Positions 1 to 9,348 of a DNA stretch of 64,000 nucleotides are shown here, in pieces. Numbering within the stretch: the stretch's first letter is position 1; every line of letters starts with the position of its first letter. The translations under genes were made by a program, and so were the position numbers. The notes under the pieces were generated by a model. That model did no database searches, was not told the DNA's origin, and worked only from the letters and a program-made list of their open reading frames with translations. This DNA is from an uncultured Planctomycetales bacterium (GTDB lineage: Bacteria; Omnitrophota; Gorgyraeia; Gygaellales; Profunditerraquicolaceae): positions 12,946-76,945 of the forward strand of contig CAZIUK010000003.1 of assembly GCA_964542785.1 (NCBI GenBank), given 5' to 3'.

Positions 1-6
1 ATTAGT

Positions 7-3000
7 ATGCGTTCTTTAGAAGATTTTAAGCTTAAAAAGAACCCACACGGGCAATACCGAGTAGATGATTTTTATTCTGTTTTAAAATATCTTAAATCTG
101 AATATCCCGAAGATATTTTATTTCTCTTTACCTCAACCGATTTAACTTCAAAATTTTATAGCCTAGTCCCTTATTACATCTTTGGCCGGGCGTGGATAGA
201 AGATAAAGTAATAGTTACCTCTATTTATCAATTCCATTCTTTTTCTGCTGAATTATTCAAAGAGCGTATTTATAAGCAGATTCTTCATGAATTAGGTCAT
301 ATATTAGGGCTTGATGATTGTCTTGATTCTAATTGTGCTATGCGTTTTTCTAGAAATATTATGGAATTGGATGAGAGAAAAAAAGAGTTTTGTAGCGGAT
401 GCAGGGGTTTTCTTAAGGTAGAATTAAGCAATTTCCGTGAGAATGACGGCGCTTATACCGCTAATAGTATTTATCTAATAGGGTCAGAAAAAGGCTTACA
501 GGGTGTTAGTTATTTTAGCCTTTATCTTTCGGGATCTGAGGATAAAGAAGGGTTTTTTGGCAATCTTACTAAGCAAGTGGTAGCTTACCATGGGTATAAA
601 GAGGTTGTAGAGTATGAATGTAGCCTGCAAGTTCATCAAAAAGCATTGCACGATATTTATGCAAAAGAGGTTAATTTTAAGACAGGATTAAGAAGGGATT
701 TAGAAACTTTAAAGAGACCTAGATTACCTAAAGAAACTAAAATAGAAAATGTATATCCTTTTAGGCTTTACAGCAAAGAGAGGATTGTAAGTAAGGCAGA
801 TATAGAAAACATAGAGTATTTAAAAGAAAGTCTAAAACGAAATATATACTACGTTAATGCTCCGTCGTTAAGAAAAGATCAGATTATTTTTAGGGTTAAG
901 GACCTTGTTAAAATAGTTTCGTTTATTAAAGCAGAAATAAACAAGCGTCTTCCCAAATTACAGATAATAAATATTTCTGTTTATGGGTCATATCTTTTTA
1001 GCGATGAGGAAGTTGTCCCAAGCGATATAGATATAATTGTTATTGTTGGCGGGAATTACTTTAGTACCGGCATTGAGATCCCGATTAGCCGTTTATGGAT
1101 ACCTTCTTTTGGCAATCTACGTTTGGCTAAGCAGTTTTCTATTTATGTTATGGGCGACGAAAATCTTAAGGACGGCATTTTGGATGAGACTGCAATTTTT
1201 AGCCCGCAGGAAAAAGTTAGATGGCTTGCAACGCAGAAGAGAGTTGTTGAGAATACCTCTTTTGTTTTATACAGAAGGAATGTTGTTTTAGACGGTTGTG
1301 ATTTTATAGCAAACGAAGAGATTTACCGCAGAAATATCTTAGCGCGTGTTTACGACCTTCTTTATAATGCCTACCGTAGGATGTATCTTCATCAACTTAA
1401 GACTAATGAAAAAGAGTTTGAAAGGTTTAAAATTGCTACTACTCGCTTATTAGACGCAGCATTATTTTTAAAAGACCATAAGCCTGTTAGTTTTGATTGC
1501 GAGGAGATATTTAACTTAAGAAAGAGGTTTGAAGAGACCTACGTGATAGACCGTAAGATGGCAAAGTTGGAAGTTCAAAGGGCATGGGTTCAATTATCAG
1601 AGGAATACTCTAGATTTTTAGGAGTTTCTAATTACCGCGATAATGGAGGCAGTTATAAAAATACAAAGCAGGGGTATAGTTGCCCTTTTTTTACAGTAGA
1701 TAGACATCAGGAGGCGTATACCCTAATTCAAGAGTATGTAAAGATAATTGATAAGCTACCTGTACTTATTAACTTTGATGCTCGTTTTGATATAGGGCAA
1801 ACAATTCCGCTTTTAATTGCAGGCCGTAATTGGATATCTTTCCTATTGGATAGTAAGCTAATCCGGAGTTGTTATTTTATTTCAAACAGGCCTAAGTATA
1901 GTAGCTTTATTTTGCATTATGACAATAAAGGAATGATTTTAAAGAGCAATAGTCTAAATTCTTTAGATTGCGCTGAAGAGAATGCTATTGTCAGCATTGA
2001 CTTAGACTATATTATTTCGAAAGATATTCCGGAAGAGATAGACGAAAGTAGGATAGCTTTAGTGGTTAATAGTATATTTAGAATTTTGCGGGAGAATAAT
2101 ATAAAGCCTTCTATGGTTATTGTATTGCGTTCTTCGGACTCCATTCTATCCGCTTTAGAGTGGAGAGCAAGGGCGAGGATTGAATCTTGTTTTCTAGAAT
2201 TTTTTGTGGAGATTAGAAGGAATACCGAATTAGAAAACGAGGCACAAGCTAGGCAGAAGGTTTTAAATAAGGCTACCCTTAAGAAGATAAAAGAGGAGGA
2301 TAATGCTAAGATAAGTATAGTCCTTGGTAATAAGTTAAGGACTTTTACTCTTTATAGATGGGTTAGGATATTTGATAGCATCCTTTTTTCTCTTGATAAA
2401 GAGAGTTCTTCCTTAAAGGGAATGGTTAAAGATATAGAAAGTTTCCGGTTTAGCAATAATTGCTTATCTAAAATACAGGGTTTTATGAATTTGGTAAAAG
2501 ACTCAAGGTTAGAGGAGAAAAAAGAGTCTTTCAGGAGGCTCCTTGTTGCTAAAGAGTTTATAGGGTTAGGAAGGGTTAATTTGGCGGTAGAATCAATGCA
2601 GGCGGTAGCTTTGTTAATAAGGTCGCGTATTGCTGATATTGAGTCTATGAGAGAGAGATTGTTTAAAGTTAGAAAAGAGCTTTTAACATTATCTAAAAAT
2701 AGATTGGAGAGGGTTCAAGGAGCTATTAGAGAAGTAACGGCAGGTTATTGCTATTCTAAAGATAGTAGTTATCTTAAGCAGTCTTTATTTCGGCTATTTA
2801 GATGGCCTTTTTTAGGGGAGCCGGATTTTATAGGGGTACGTAATCAGATTAAGCGCTTAGGAATAATCGTAAATAATCTGCAAAAGAATAAAGCTAGAGG
2901 GCTTCTTTTTGAAAGATTAAAGTTGATAGAGTCTATTTTATCTGAGGCGTTATTAGAGAATGAGTTTACAACAGATTATAGAAATAAGGTTAAATCTTTT

Positions 3001-3423
3001 AGCGGGAGGTTAGAAGAGTTTGATGTTTTATTTAAGGAGTGGGCCGTAAAAAATAGCCTTATTCGAGGCTCTCCGAGGTATTGGAGGGCGCGCCTCTTTA
3101 AGGCTCTCTTTATCTCGGAGAAATCCCCTTGTTTTGCTGCCTGCGATACTATGCTCTTAGTCATCAAGGTTACGAATTTTAGGTTGATTATTCATAGTTT
3201 AATTAAAAATAACCGCTCTAATCTTTTAGGGTTTATTCTTGGTTTTTTAAAATCAAACCCAGATATGCATTGCGCAAAAGATATTACCGGTAAAAATAGG
3301 AATCAATTCCTTATGGAGCTTATAGCAAATGCCTCTTCTGATTTTAATTTATTAGAAAAAGCCAAGGCAGAAGATATAGTAAACCTTTATAAGGCGTTTT
3401 TAATCAAGTTTCCTGGAAAATAG
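7..3423 (+). CDS. Large multidomain protein. It has an N-terminal archaemetzincin-like (M54-type) zinc-metalloprotease signature, a Pol-beta-type nucleotidyltransferase motif and a ~750-aa helical C-terminal region. The 5' end may lie upstream of the window.
   Basis: The ORF is 1138 aa, and its frame stays open back to nt 1 (ATT AGT ATG), so the true start may be upstream. HELGHILGLDDC-LDSNC-AM...EFCSGC matches the HExxHxxGxxxC / Cx4C / Met / CxxC archaemetzincin pattern. YGSYLFSDEEVVPSDIDIIVIVGG matches the GS-x(9-13)-DxD minimal NTase motif. No signal peptide is evident. Confidence 0.6.
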   Translation: MRSLEDFKLKKNPHGQYRVDDFYSVLKYLKSEYPEDILFLFTSTDLTSKFYSLVPYYIFGRAWIEDKVIVTSIYQFHSFSAELFKERIYKQILHELGHILGLDDCLDSNCAMRFSRNIMELDERKKEFCSGCRGFLKVELSNFRENDGAYTANSIYLIGSEKGLQGVSYFSLYLSGSEDKEGFFGNLTKQVVAYHGYKEVVEYECSLQVHQKALHDIYAKEVNFKTGLRRDLETLKRPRLPKETKIENVYPFRLYSKERIVSKADIENIEYLKESLKRNIYYVNAPSLRKDQIIFRVKDLVKIVSFIKAEINKRLPKLQIINISVYGSYLFSDEEVVPSDIDIIVIVGGNYFSTGIEIPISRLWIPSFGNLRLAKQFSIYVMGDENLKDGILDETAIFSPQEKVRWLATQKRVVENTSFVLYRRNVVLDGCDFIANEEIYRRNILARVYDLLYNAYRRMYLHQLKTNEKEFERFKIATTRLLDAALFLKDHKPVSFDCEEIFNLRKRFEETYVIDRKMAKLEVQRAWVQLSEEYSRFLGVSNYRDNGGSYKNTKQGYSCPFFTVDRHQEAYTLIQEYVKIIDKLPVLINFDARFDIGQTIPLLIAGRNWISFLLDSKLIRSCYFISNRPKYSSFILHYDNKGMILKSNSLNSLDCAEENAIVSIDLDYIISKDIPEEIDESRIALVVNSIFRILRENNIKPSMVIVLRSSDSILSALEWRARARIESCFLEFFVEIRRNTELENEAQARQKVLNKATLKKIKEEDNAKISIVLGNKLRTFTLYRWVRIFDSILFSLDKESSSLKGMVKDIESFRFSNNCLSKIQGFMNLVKDSRLEEKKESFRRLLVAKEFIGLGRVNLAVESMQAVALLIRSRIADIESMRERLFKVRKELLTLSKNRLERVQGAIREVTAGYCYSKDSSYLKQSLFRLFRWPFLGEPDFIGVRNQIKRLGIIVNNLQKNKARGLLFERLKLIESILSEALLENEFTTDYRNKVKSFSGRLEEFDVLFKEWAVKNSLIRGSPRYWRARLFKALFISEKSPCFAACDTMLLVIKVTNFRLIIHSLIKNNRSNLLGFILGFLKSNPDMHCAKDITGKNRNQFLMELIANASSDFNLLEKAKAEDIVNLYKAFLIKFPGK

Positions 3424-3588
3424 GGGGGTCTTTTTTGTAAGGGGGAAGGATTTGCAAGAAATTAAGAAGGGTTTTGTTTTTTATTTTAGAAGAGTAGTTG
3501 TTTGTTTCTGTTATATTGTATCGGAGTTTATGATATAATAATTTAGAGTTTAAGCAGGAAAAGCTACAGAGAGAAAGGATGTTAGAGT

Positions 3589-3945
3589 ATGGATGAGCGT
3601 AGAGCTTACCCTAGGATGAGAGTGGATAAAAATGCGGCTTGTACGATTGAAAACCGCTTTACTCCGCTTGCCTGTAATGTTGATGATATAAGTTTAAGTG
3701 GAGTAAGGATTACGATGTCAAAGAATCTTTTCCCGGAGGCTTTTTCTAATATAACCCTGGATATTCCGGAAACTTTATCTTTTAATGTCGGAACGCATGT
3801 CGCCTGGCATGATGAATACGAAGGAAAAAACACATATGGCCTTGCCTTCAATAGGTTAGATGATGGGGATAGAGATAAAATAGCCATTTTTATAAAAGAT
3901 AATTTGTTTAAGACTTTAAGTAAAGAATGGTGGAGGGGCTTATAA
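3589..3945 (+). CDS. PilZ-domain protein (c-di-GMP receptor), single domain
   Basis: The N-terminus carries an RxxxR motif (RRAYPRMR) followed by DISLSGV, which fits the D/NxSxxG PilZ signature. The ORF is 118 aa. Confidence 0.65.
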   Translation: MDERRAYPRMRVDKNAACTIENRFTPLACNVDDISLSGVRITMSKNLFPEAFSNITLDIPETLSFNVGTHVAWHDEYEGKNTYGLAFNRLDDGDRDKIAIFIKDNLFKTLSKEWWRGL

Positions 3946-3946
3946 T

Positions 3947-4633
3947 ATGTATGAACGCAGGAAGATATCCAGATGGCGCATTGATAAGCCGGCGAGGATT
4001 AAGTTTGAAGGATCCGTTTCTTTTATTGATTGCTTGGTCAAAGATATTAATTTTAAAGGCATGCAGATTGTAATGCCTTTAAGATTTAAGGCAGATACTT
4101 ATATAAAATTTAAGTTAAAATTGTCAGATCTTTTTTCTATAGAGAGTGAGGCATGGATAGCTTGGCATAAAAATAGCGATAGGCATAACATTTACGGCTT
4201 TTTATTTACAAGACTTACTGATGCAGATAAAGAAGTTATTTATAAATTTGTTTATCAGAGTGTCCCTGAAGCAATTTCGCATAATTTGTGGAAGGATGCT
4301 TTAAGGGAAGGAGGTGAAGATATGAATGACCGTAGGGTTTTCCAGAGGTTTAATATTCGTTTTTCTGTTAGGTTGTTTGATTTAAATAGCGGATATGAGT
4401 TTACCGGAGAGACAAGCGATATAAGCGCTAAAGGTCTAGGGGTATGGTTAAAAGACGATATACCTCCTAATACTCCTTTGGAGGCTTGGCTGAAGATCCC
4501 CGATAAAGGTGAACCTTTATACACAAGGGGGAGCGTGGCCTGGTCAAAGCCTGACCTTCAGGGTGAACACCGTTTAGGCATAAGCCTTGAACGGGCTGAC
4601 CTTATGGGTTTATCTAGGATATTGAGGATTTAG
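3947..4633 (+). CDS. Tandem (double) PilZ-domain protein
   Basis: Two RxxxR plus DxS/AxxG pairs are present: ERRKISRWR with DINFKGM, and DRRVFQRFNIRF with DISAKGLGV. The gene starts 2 bp after the previous PilZ gene. Confidence 0.6.
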   Translation: MYERRKISRWRIDKPARIKFEGSVSFIDCLVKDINFKGMQIVMPLRFKADTYIKFKLKLSDLFSIESEAWIAWHKNSDRHNIYGFLFTRLTDADKEVIYKFVYQSVPEAISHNLWKDALREGGEDMNDRRVFQRFNIRFSVRLFDLNSGYEFTGETSDISAKGLGVWLKDDIPPNTPLEAWLKIPDKGEPLYTRGSVAWSKPDLQGEHRLGISLERADLMGLSRILRI

Positions 4634-4670
4634 AAAAATATTTTAAAAATTTTAATCAGATTATAAAAAT

Positions 4671-5981
4671 ATGATAAGATCTAAGTTTTGCCTCTTTATT
4701 TTTGGTACTTTTTTTGCGTTTGCGATAGTATTATCAGGCTGTCTGCAAAAAAACAGGATAGATAAACCTACCCTTACTCTCTGGCATTGGATGACTGACC
4801 GAGAAACTCCCTTTAAAGAGTTAGCTAAAAAGTATGAAGCTAAGACAGGGATAAAGATAAACCTTGAGCTTTATGCGCCCTCAGAGGCTTATGCGCAAAA
4901 GGTGCGTGTTGCAGCACAAGGAGCAAACCTGCCTGATATCTTTGCCATCTTAGGGGAAAAGAGGGATCTTGCATCTTTTATTAAAGCCGGGCTTATCCTC
5001 GATCTTACCTCTTATATGCAAGAAGATTCCTTTAGGTGGGAGGGGCTTTTTTATCCTAAGGCGATAGCTGTAAATAGTTTTAGCAAGGATGACAGCTATG
5101 GAGTTAGTCCAGGGATTTATGGCGTGCCGATAGATATAATGACTATTCAAATGCTTTATAATAAGTCTTTATTTAAGAGCCTGGGGTTAAATCCGAATAA
5201 CCCCCCGAAAGATTTTACAGAAATTTTAAATATAGCAAAGAAGATTAAGGAAGAAGGTTTGCAAGGGTTTGTTTCCGGCTTTAGCGAGGTATGGTTGGTT
5301 TATTGCTTTGCCGAAAACTATGCCTTTAATATTATGGGTCCGGAAAAGATGTTAGCTACCATAAAAGGAGAGGTTCCTTATACTGATTCAGACTGGGTTA
5401 GAGTTTTAGAATTATTTAAGGATATGCAGGAATCCGGACTGTTGGCTAAGGGGATAGTTACTATGGTTAATAAGACCGCTGAACAGCTTTTTGCTAATGA
5501 GAAGGCGGTATTTGCTTTTAATGGCTCTTGGTCTGTAAATGTCTATAAAGCGATGAACCCAAAATTAAATTACGATGTTTTTTTTCCTCCTCGGGCAAGC
5601 TATAATTATCCTATGGTTATAAGGGGAGGGGCTGGTTCTTCATTTGTGGTTAATGCACGTTCGCCTAATAAAAAAGAGGCGGTAAATTTTTTACGTTGGC
5701 TTACTGAAGATGAGCAGCAGGTATATCTATCTGAAGCAACTAATAATCTTCCAGCGAATAAAAAGGCAACAGGTTCCCTAAGTGGAGTTTTAGCCGGTTT
5801 TGCCAAGGGTATAGATAGCGCCATACATCCTAATCTTTGGGAAGAAAGGGAATCGTCGTCGGTAATTGATGCTTTTGGCAGGGGGGTGCAGTCAATTATT
5901 ATAGGCAAGAAGACTCCTGAAGAGGCGGCTTTAGAGATCCAGAAGATAAAAGAGAAGGAGTTAATTAGAAAGCGCAAATAA
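4671..5981 (+). CDS. Sugar ABC transporter substrate-binding lipoprotein (family 1 SBP)
   Basis: It has a signal peptide with a lipobox (FAIVLSGC). At 436 aa its length and composition fit extracellular solute-binding proteins. Two permease genes follow. Confidence 0.75.
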   Translation: MIRSKFCLFIFGTFFAFAIVLSGCLQKNRIDKPTLTLWHWMTDRETPFKELAKKYEAKTGIKINLELYAPSEAYAQKVRVAAQGANLPDIFAILGEKRDLASFIKAGLILDLTSYMQEDSFRWEGLFYPKAIAVNSFSKDDSYGVSPGIYGVPIDIMTIQMLYNKSLFKSLGLNPNNPPKDFTEILNIAKKIKEEGLQGFVSGFSEVWLVYCFAENYAFNIMGPEKMLATIKGEVPYTDSDWVRVLELFKDMQESGLLAKGIVTMVNKTAEQLFANEKAVFAFNGSWSVNVYKAMNPKLNYDVFFPPRASYNYPMVIRGGAGSSFVVNARSPNKKEAVNFLRWLTEDEQQVYLSEATNNLPANKKATGSLSGVLAGFAKGIDSAIHPNLWEERESSSVIDAFGRGVQSIIIGKKTPEEAALEIQKIKEKELIRKRK

Positions 5982-5982
5982 G

Positions 5983-6864
5983 ATGAAGTTAGGGCCTAAT
6001 TTAGAAAATTATGCTTTGATTTTCCCGGCGTTATTGATCTTCTCTATATTTTATATCATTCCTTTTATATGGATTTTTCAGTTAAGTTTTTTTGATTGGG
6101 ACGGGATATTGCCCTATAAGTCTTTTTGCGCTCTGGCTAACTTCAAGGAGGTTCTTTTTGAGGATTTTAGTTTTTGGCAATCTATGCGTAACGCAGGGTA
6201 TATTACTCTTGTAGCGCTCTCTTTTCAGAATCTTTTAGCGTTCTTGTTAGCTTTGGCGTGTGACCGTCAGATACGTATGAAGAATTTTTATCAAGCGGTA
6301 TTTTTTATCCCCCCTATACTCTCTGAAATAGTTGTAGGTATAGTATGGCGTTTTATCATTAGCGATGTTGAAGGAGCTAATATAGTTAACCGTATCCTCT
6401 GCGGGATTGGGCTGCAAGAGCTTGCGCGCAACTGGTTGGCTGATCCTGATATTGCGCTTACCACTATATCTATAGTGCATAGCTGGAAGGGGTTTGGCTG
6501 GGGATTTTTAATCTTTCTTGCCGGGCTACAAACTATCCCTAAAGAGCTTTACGAGGCGGCGCGCATTGACGGGGCTAATGCTTGGGATTCCTTTAAAAAG
6601 ATTACCCTTCCTTCAATGGTGCCGGTAATAGTATTAGTATCAATATTAACAATTTTAGGGACGATGCAGGCATTTGCATTGATTATAGGGCTTGTAGGAG
6701 GGGAGTTTGCCGGGCATACCTCGGTTCCGGTTTTAAGGATATTAGCGGTTATGCGCGATTCATCGCGCTTTGGCTATGCCTGCGCACAAGGGTTGATCTT
6801 TGGGGCAGTTTTGGTAATAATCTCATTTATGCAATATAGGTTTTCTGGTAAATATCGTAAATAA
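5983..6864 (+). CDS. Sugar ABC transporter permease (MalF/UgpA-like)
   Basis: It is a multi-TM protein with the EAA loop motif (YEAARIDGANAWDSFKKITLP). Confidence 0.85.
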   Translation: MKLGPNLENYALIFPALLIFSIFYIIPFIWIFQLSFFDWDGILPYKSFCALANFKEVLFEDFSFWQSMRNAGYITLVALSFQNLLAFLLALACDRQIRMKNFYQAVFFIPPILSEIVVGIVWRFIISDVEGANIVNRILCGIGLQELARNWLADPDIALTTISIVHSWKGFGWGFLIFLAGLQTIPKELYEAARIDGANAWDSFKKITLPSMVPVIVLVSILTILGTMQAFALIIGLVGGEFAGHTSVPVLRILAVMRDSSRFGYACAQGLIFGAVLVIISFMQYRFSGKYRK

Positions 6865-7712
6865 TGGAAAGCGCTGTTTATTATAAAATAAAAAGATTTA
6901 TACAAGGTTTTTTTACGCACCTATTCCTTATCAGCGTGGCTTTAACCTGTCTGTATCCTTTACTATGGATATTCTTTGGTAGTTTTAAGACACAAGAGAG
7001 TATTTTTAATAGTATCTCGATTATCCCTGAAAAATTTCATTTTGAAAATTATTATTTTGCGTTAATTAAAAGTGATTTTAGCCGTTATTTTTTTAATAGC
7101 GTTTTCTATACTATTATCGTAGTAATTGCGGTAGTAATCATTTCTTCAATGGCAGGGTATGCCTTTAGCCGTTTGCGTTTCTTTGGGAGAAGGGCGGTAT
7201 TTTTAATATTTATAGCAGCGATGATGATTCCTTTACCCGGAAGTTTCGTAGCCCTATTTATCCTATTAAATAAATTGCATCTGCGCGATACTCCTTTAGG
7301 GTATATTTTATGTATGGTTAATGCCGGGCTGCCCGTAAGCATATTTTTGCTAAAGACATTTTTTGACACGATGCCTAAAGAGATTGAAGATGCCGCGCGC
7401 ATTGACGGTTGTTCTAAAATAGGTATTTGGCGGCATATAGCCTTGCCGCTTGCGCGGCCTGCCCTAGCGGTAGTAATTATTATTAACGTTTTAAATGTTT
7501 GGAATGAATATATCCTGGCTTTGGTAGTTTTTGACAACAAAAACTTTATGCCCCTTCAGCGGGCGTTAGTAGTTTTTCAGGGGGAGTTTTTAACTAACTA
7601 TCCGCTTTTAATGGCAGGACTTACCATAACAGTCATGCCCATAATTATTATCTATATCCTGATGCAAAAGCATATAGTCAAGGGGGTAACTTCCAAGGTC
7701 TTTTTTGGATAA
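6864..7712 (+). CDS. Sugar ABC transporter permease (MalG/UgpE-like)
   Basis: It carries the EAA loop (EDAARIDGCSKIGIWRHIALPLARPAL). Its start overlaps the stop of the upstream permease. Confidence 0.85.
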   Translation: MESAVYYKIKRFIQGFFTHLFLISVALTCLYPLLWIFFGSFKTQESIFNSISIIPEKFHFENYYFALIKSDFSRYFFNSVFYTIIVVIAVVIISSMAGYAFSRLRFFGRRAVFLIFIAAMMIPLPGSFVALFILLNKLHLRDTPLGYILCMVNAGLPVSIFLLKTFFDTMPKEIEDAARIDGCSKIGIWRHIALPLARPALAVVIIINVLNVWNEYILALVVFDNKNFMPLQRALVVFQGEFLTNYPLLMAGLTITVMPIIIIYILMQKHIVKGVTSKVFFG

Positions 7713-7824
7713 TAAATGTATTTACAAGCATAGTAAATCTGTTATAATATATTTCTTAATTTTTGCCTATTTTGGCTTTACCTAATATATTAACTGTAGT
7801 TATAAGAGAAAGGACAGGCAACTT

Positions 7825-9336
7825 ATGAGCCAGCTGGAGGGTCAAGTTAAGCACCATCTTACAGCGCCAGAAGACCGTATCTCTATTTTTCAGCAGTTTA
7901 TTTATAGCTTAGGCGGGTTTGCAAATACTGCGCAGGCTGCTTTTATCGGGCAGATGGTTATTGTCTTAAACTTAGGTTTAGGGGTAAACCCAGCCTTAGT
8001 TGGTTTGGTAGGAGCTATCCCGCGCATAGTGGATGCTATCTCAGACCCTATAACCGGGTATTTTTCCGATAATTTACGTACCCGTTGGGGGAGGCGTAAG
8101 CCAATGATATTTTTAGGGGCTATAACCGGAGGGATTTGTTTTGCCTTGATGTTTCAGCTTTACAAAGGGTACAGCGAGATGTTTTACTTCTGGTATTTTT
8201 TGATATTCCAAATCCTTTATTTTATAGGGTTTACCTGTTTTTCTATTCCTTGGATAGCTCTTGGTTATGAGATGACCCCTGATTACCATGAAAGGACGCG
8301 GCTGCAAGGCGCAAGTAATATCGCCGGGCAGTTACCTTGGCTTATTGCTCCTTGGTGTTGGGCTATTATGCATAATCAAGCATGGTTCCCAGATATAGTT
8401 TACGGGGGGAGGGTTCTCTCGGTTATTATTGGGACCATTATCGTTATTTTTGGTATTATGCCGGCAATCTTTAATAAGGAGCGTTTTTATGCCTTGCCAA
8501 AGCCTGATGTAAGGGGTGCTTTAAATGTAACAAAGAGCTTTTTTTCCGGAGCCCTCATTACCCTTAAATGTAAATCTTTTCTTAAGCTGTGTTTAGCTAC
8601 CCTGCTTATCTTTGGCGGGTTCATGTGTGCCTCAGCTTTTACGATTTACGTAGTCTTCTTTTATGTTTTTCAGAATGCTCCTATTCTTGATCAGGCCTAT
8701 GCGAAGGGGGGAATTTTACTTGGATTCTACGGGACCTTCAGCGCTATTTGTACGATGGGGGTAATTTTTGTGACTACGTGGCTTTCTAGAAAGCTCGGCA
8801 AGAGAAACGCATTTTTTGTTACTATACCTATTTCAATTATTGGTTATGCCTTAAAGTGGATAGGCTATAATCCACAGTATCCTTATTTGCTTTTTGTTGC
8901 TGCTCCTTTTATCGTTTTTGGATTAGGGTCTCTTTTTACTCTAATGAGCTCTATGGTAGCTGATGTCTGTGACCTAGATGAGCTTAATACGACTACCCGG
9001 CGTGAAGGCATGTTTAGTGCAGTTTATTGGTGGATGGTTAAGTTAGGGATTGCGCTCGCCTCGATTATTTCGGGGGTACTCATAAATGCAACCGGCTTTC
9101 GTCAAGAGCTTGGTTTATTCCAGTCTGTAGATACCTTGCTTTGGCTTAGGATTTATGATATAGGTATCCCTATAGTAACTTCCCTTATTGCTATTTTTAT
9201 TATTATGACTTTTGATATTTCTGAGTCTAGGGCGTGCGATATCCGCCAGCAGATAGAAAGACGCAGAGGAGAAAGGCGTGCAGAAGAAGAGAAACATATA
9301 GAAGAAGAAAGGCGTAAGGGAGAAAGAAGGAATTAA
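7825..9336 (+). CDS. GPH-family (glycoside-pentoside-hexuronide:cation symporter, MelB/YihO-like) MFS transporter with a charged RE-rich C-terminal tail
   Basis: It has 12 predicted TM segments and the GPH-type motif DAISDPITGYFSDNLRTRWGRRKP. The C-terminal tail is ERRRGERRAEEEKHIEEERRKGERRN. Confidence 0.7.
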   Translation: MSQLEGQVKHHLTAPEDRISIFQQFIYSLGGFANTAQAAFIGQMVIVLNLGLGVNPALVGLVGAIPRIVDAISDPITGYFSDNLRTRWGRRKPMIFLGAITGGICFALMFQLYKGYSEMFYFWYFLIFQILYFIGFTCFSIPWIALGYEMTPDYHERTRLQGASNIAGQLPWLIAPWCWAIMHNQAWFPDIVYGGRVLSVIIGTIIVIFGIMPAIFNKERFYALPKPDVRGALNVTKSFFSGALITLKCKSFLKLCLATLLIFGGFMCASAFTIYVVFFYVFQNAPILDQAYAKGGILLGFYGTFSAICTMGVIFVTTWLSRKLGKRNAFFVTIPISIIGYALKWIGYNPQYPYLLFVAAPFIVFGLGSLFTLMSSMVADVCDLDELNTTTRREGMFSAVYWWMVKLGIALASIISGVLINATGFRQELGLFQSVDTLLWLRIYDIGIPIVTSLIAIFIIMTFDISESRACDIRQQIERRRGERRAEEEKHIEEERRKGERRN

Positions 9337-9348
9337 GGTAATAGTACA

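Noticed and set aside
1037-1291. The 84-aa + strand ORF inside the first large gene, and the many 60-190-aa minus-strand ORFs throughout the track (e.g. 2976..3167, 7106..7540, 14019..14405, 22595..22900, 44133..44714, 52237..52674, 56804..57049).
   Set aside because: All lie wholly inside longer + strand genes that have clear protein-family signatures. They have no independent motifs, RBS or operon context, so they are shadow ORFs.
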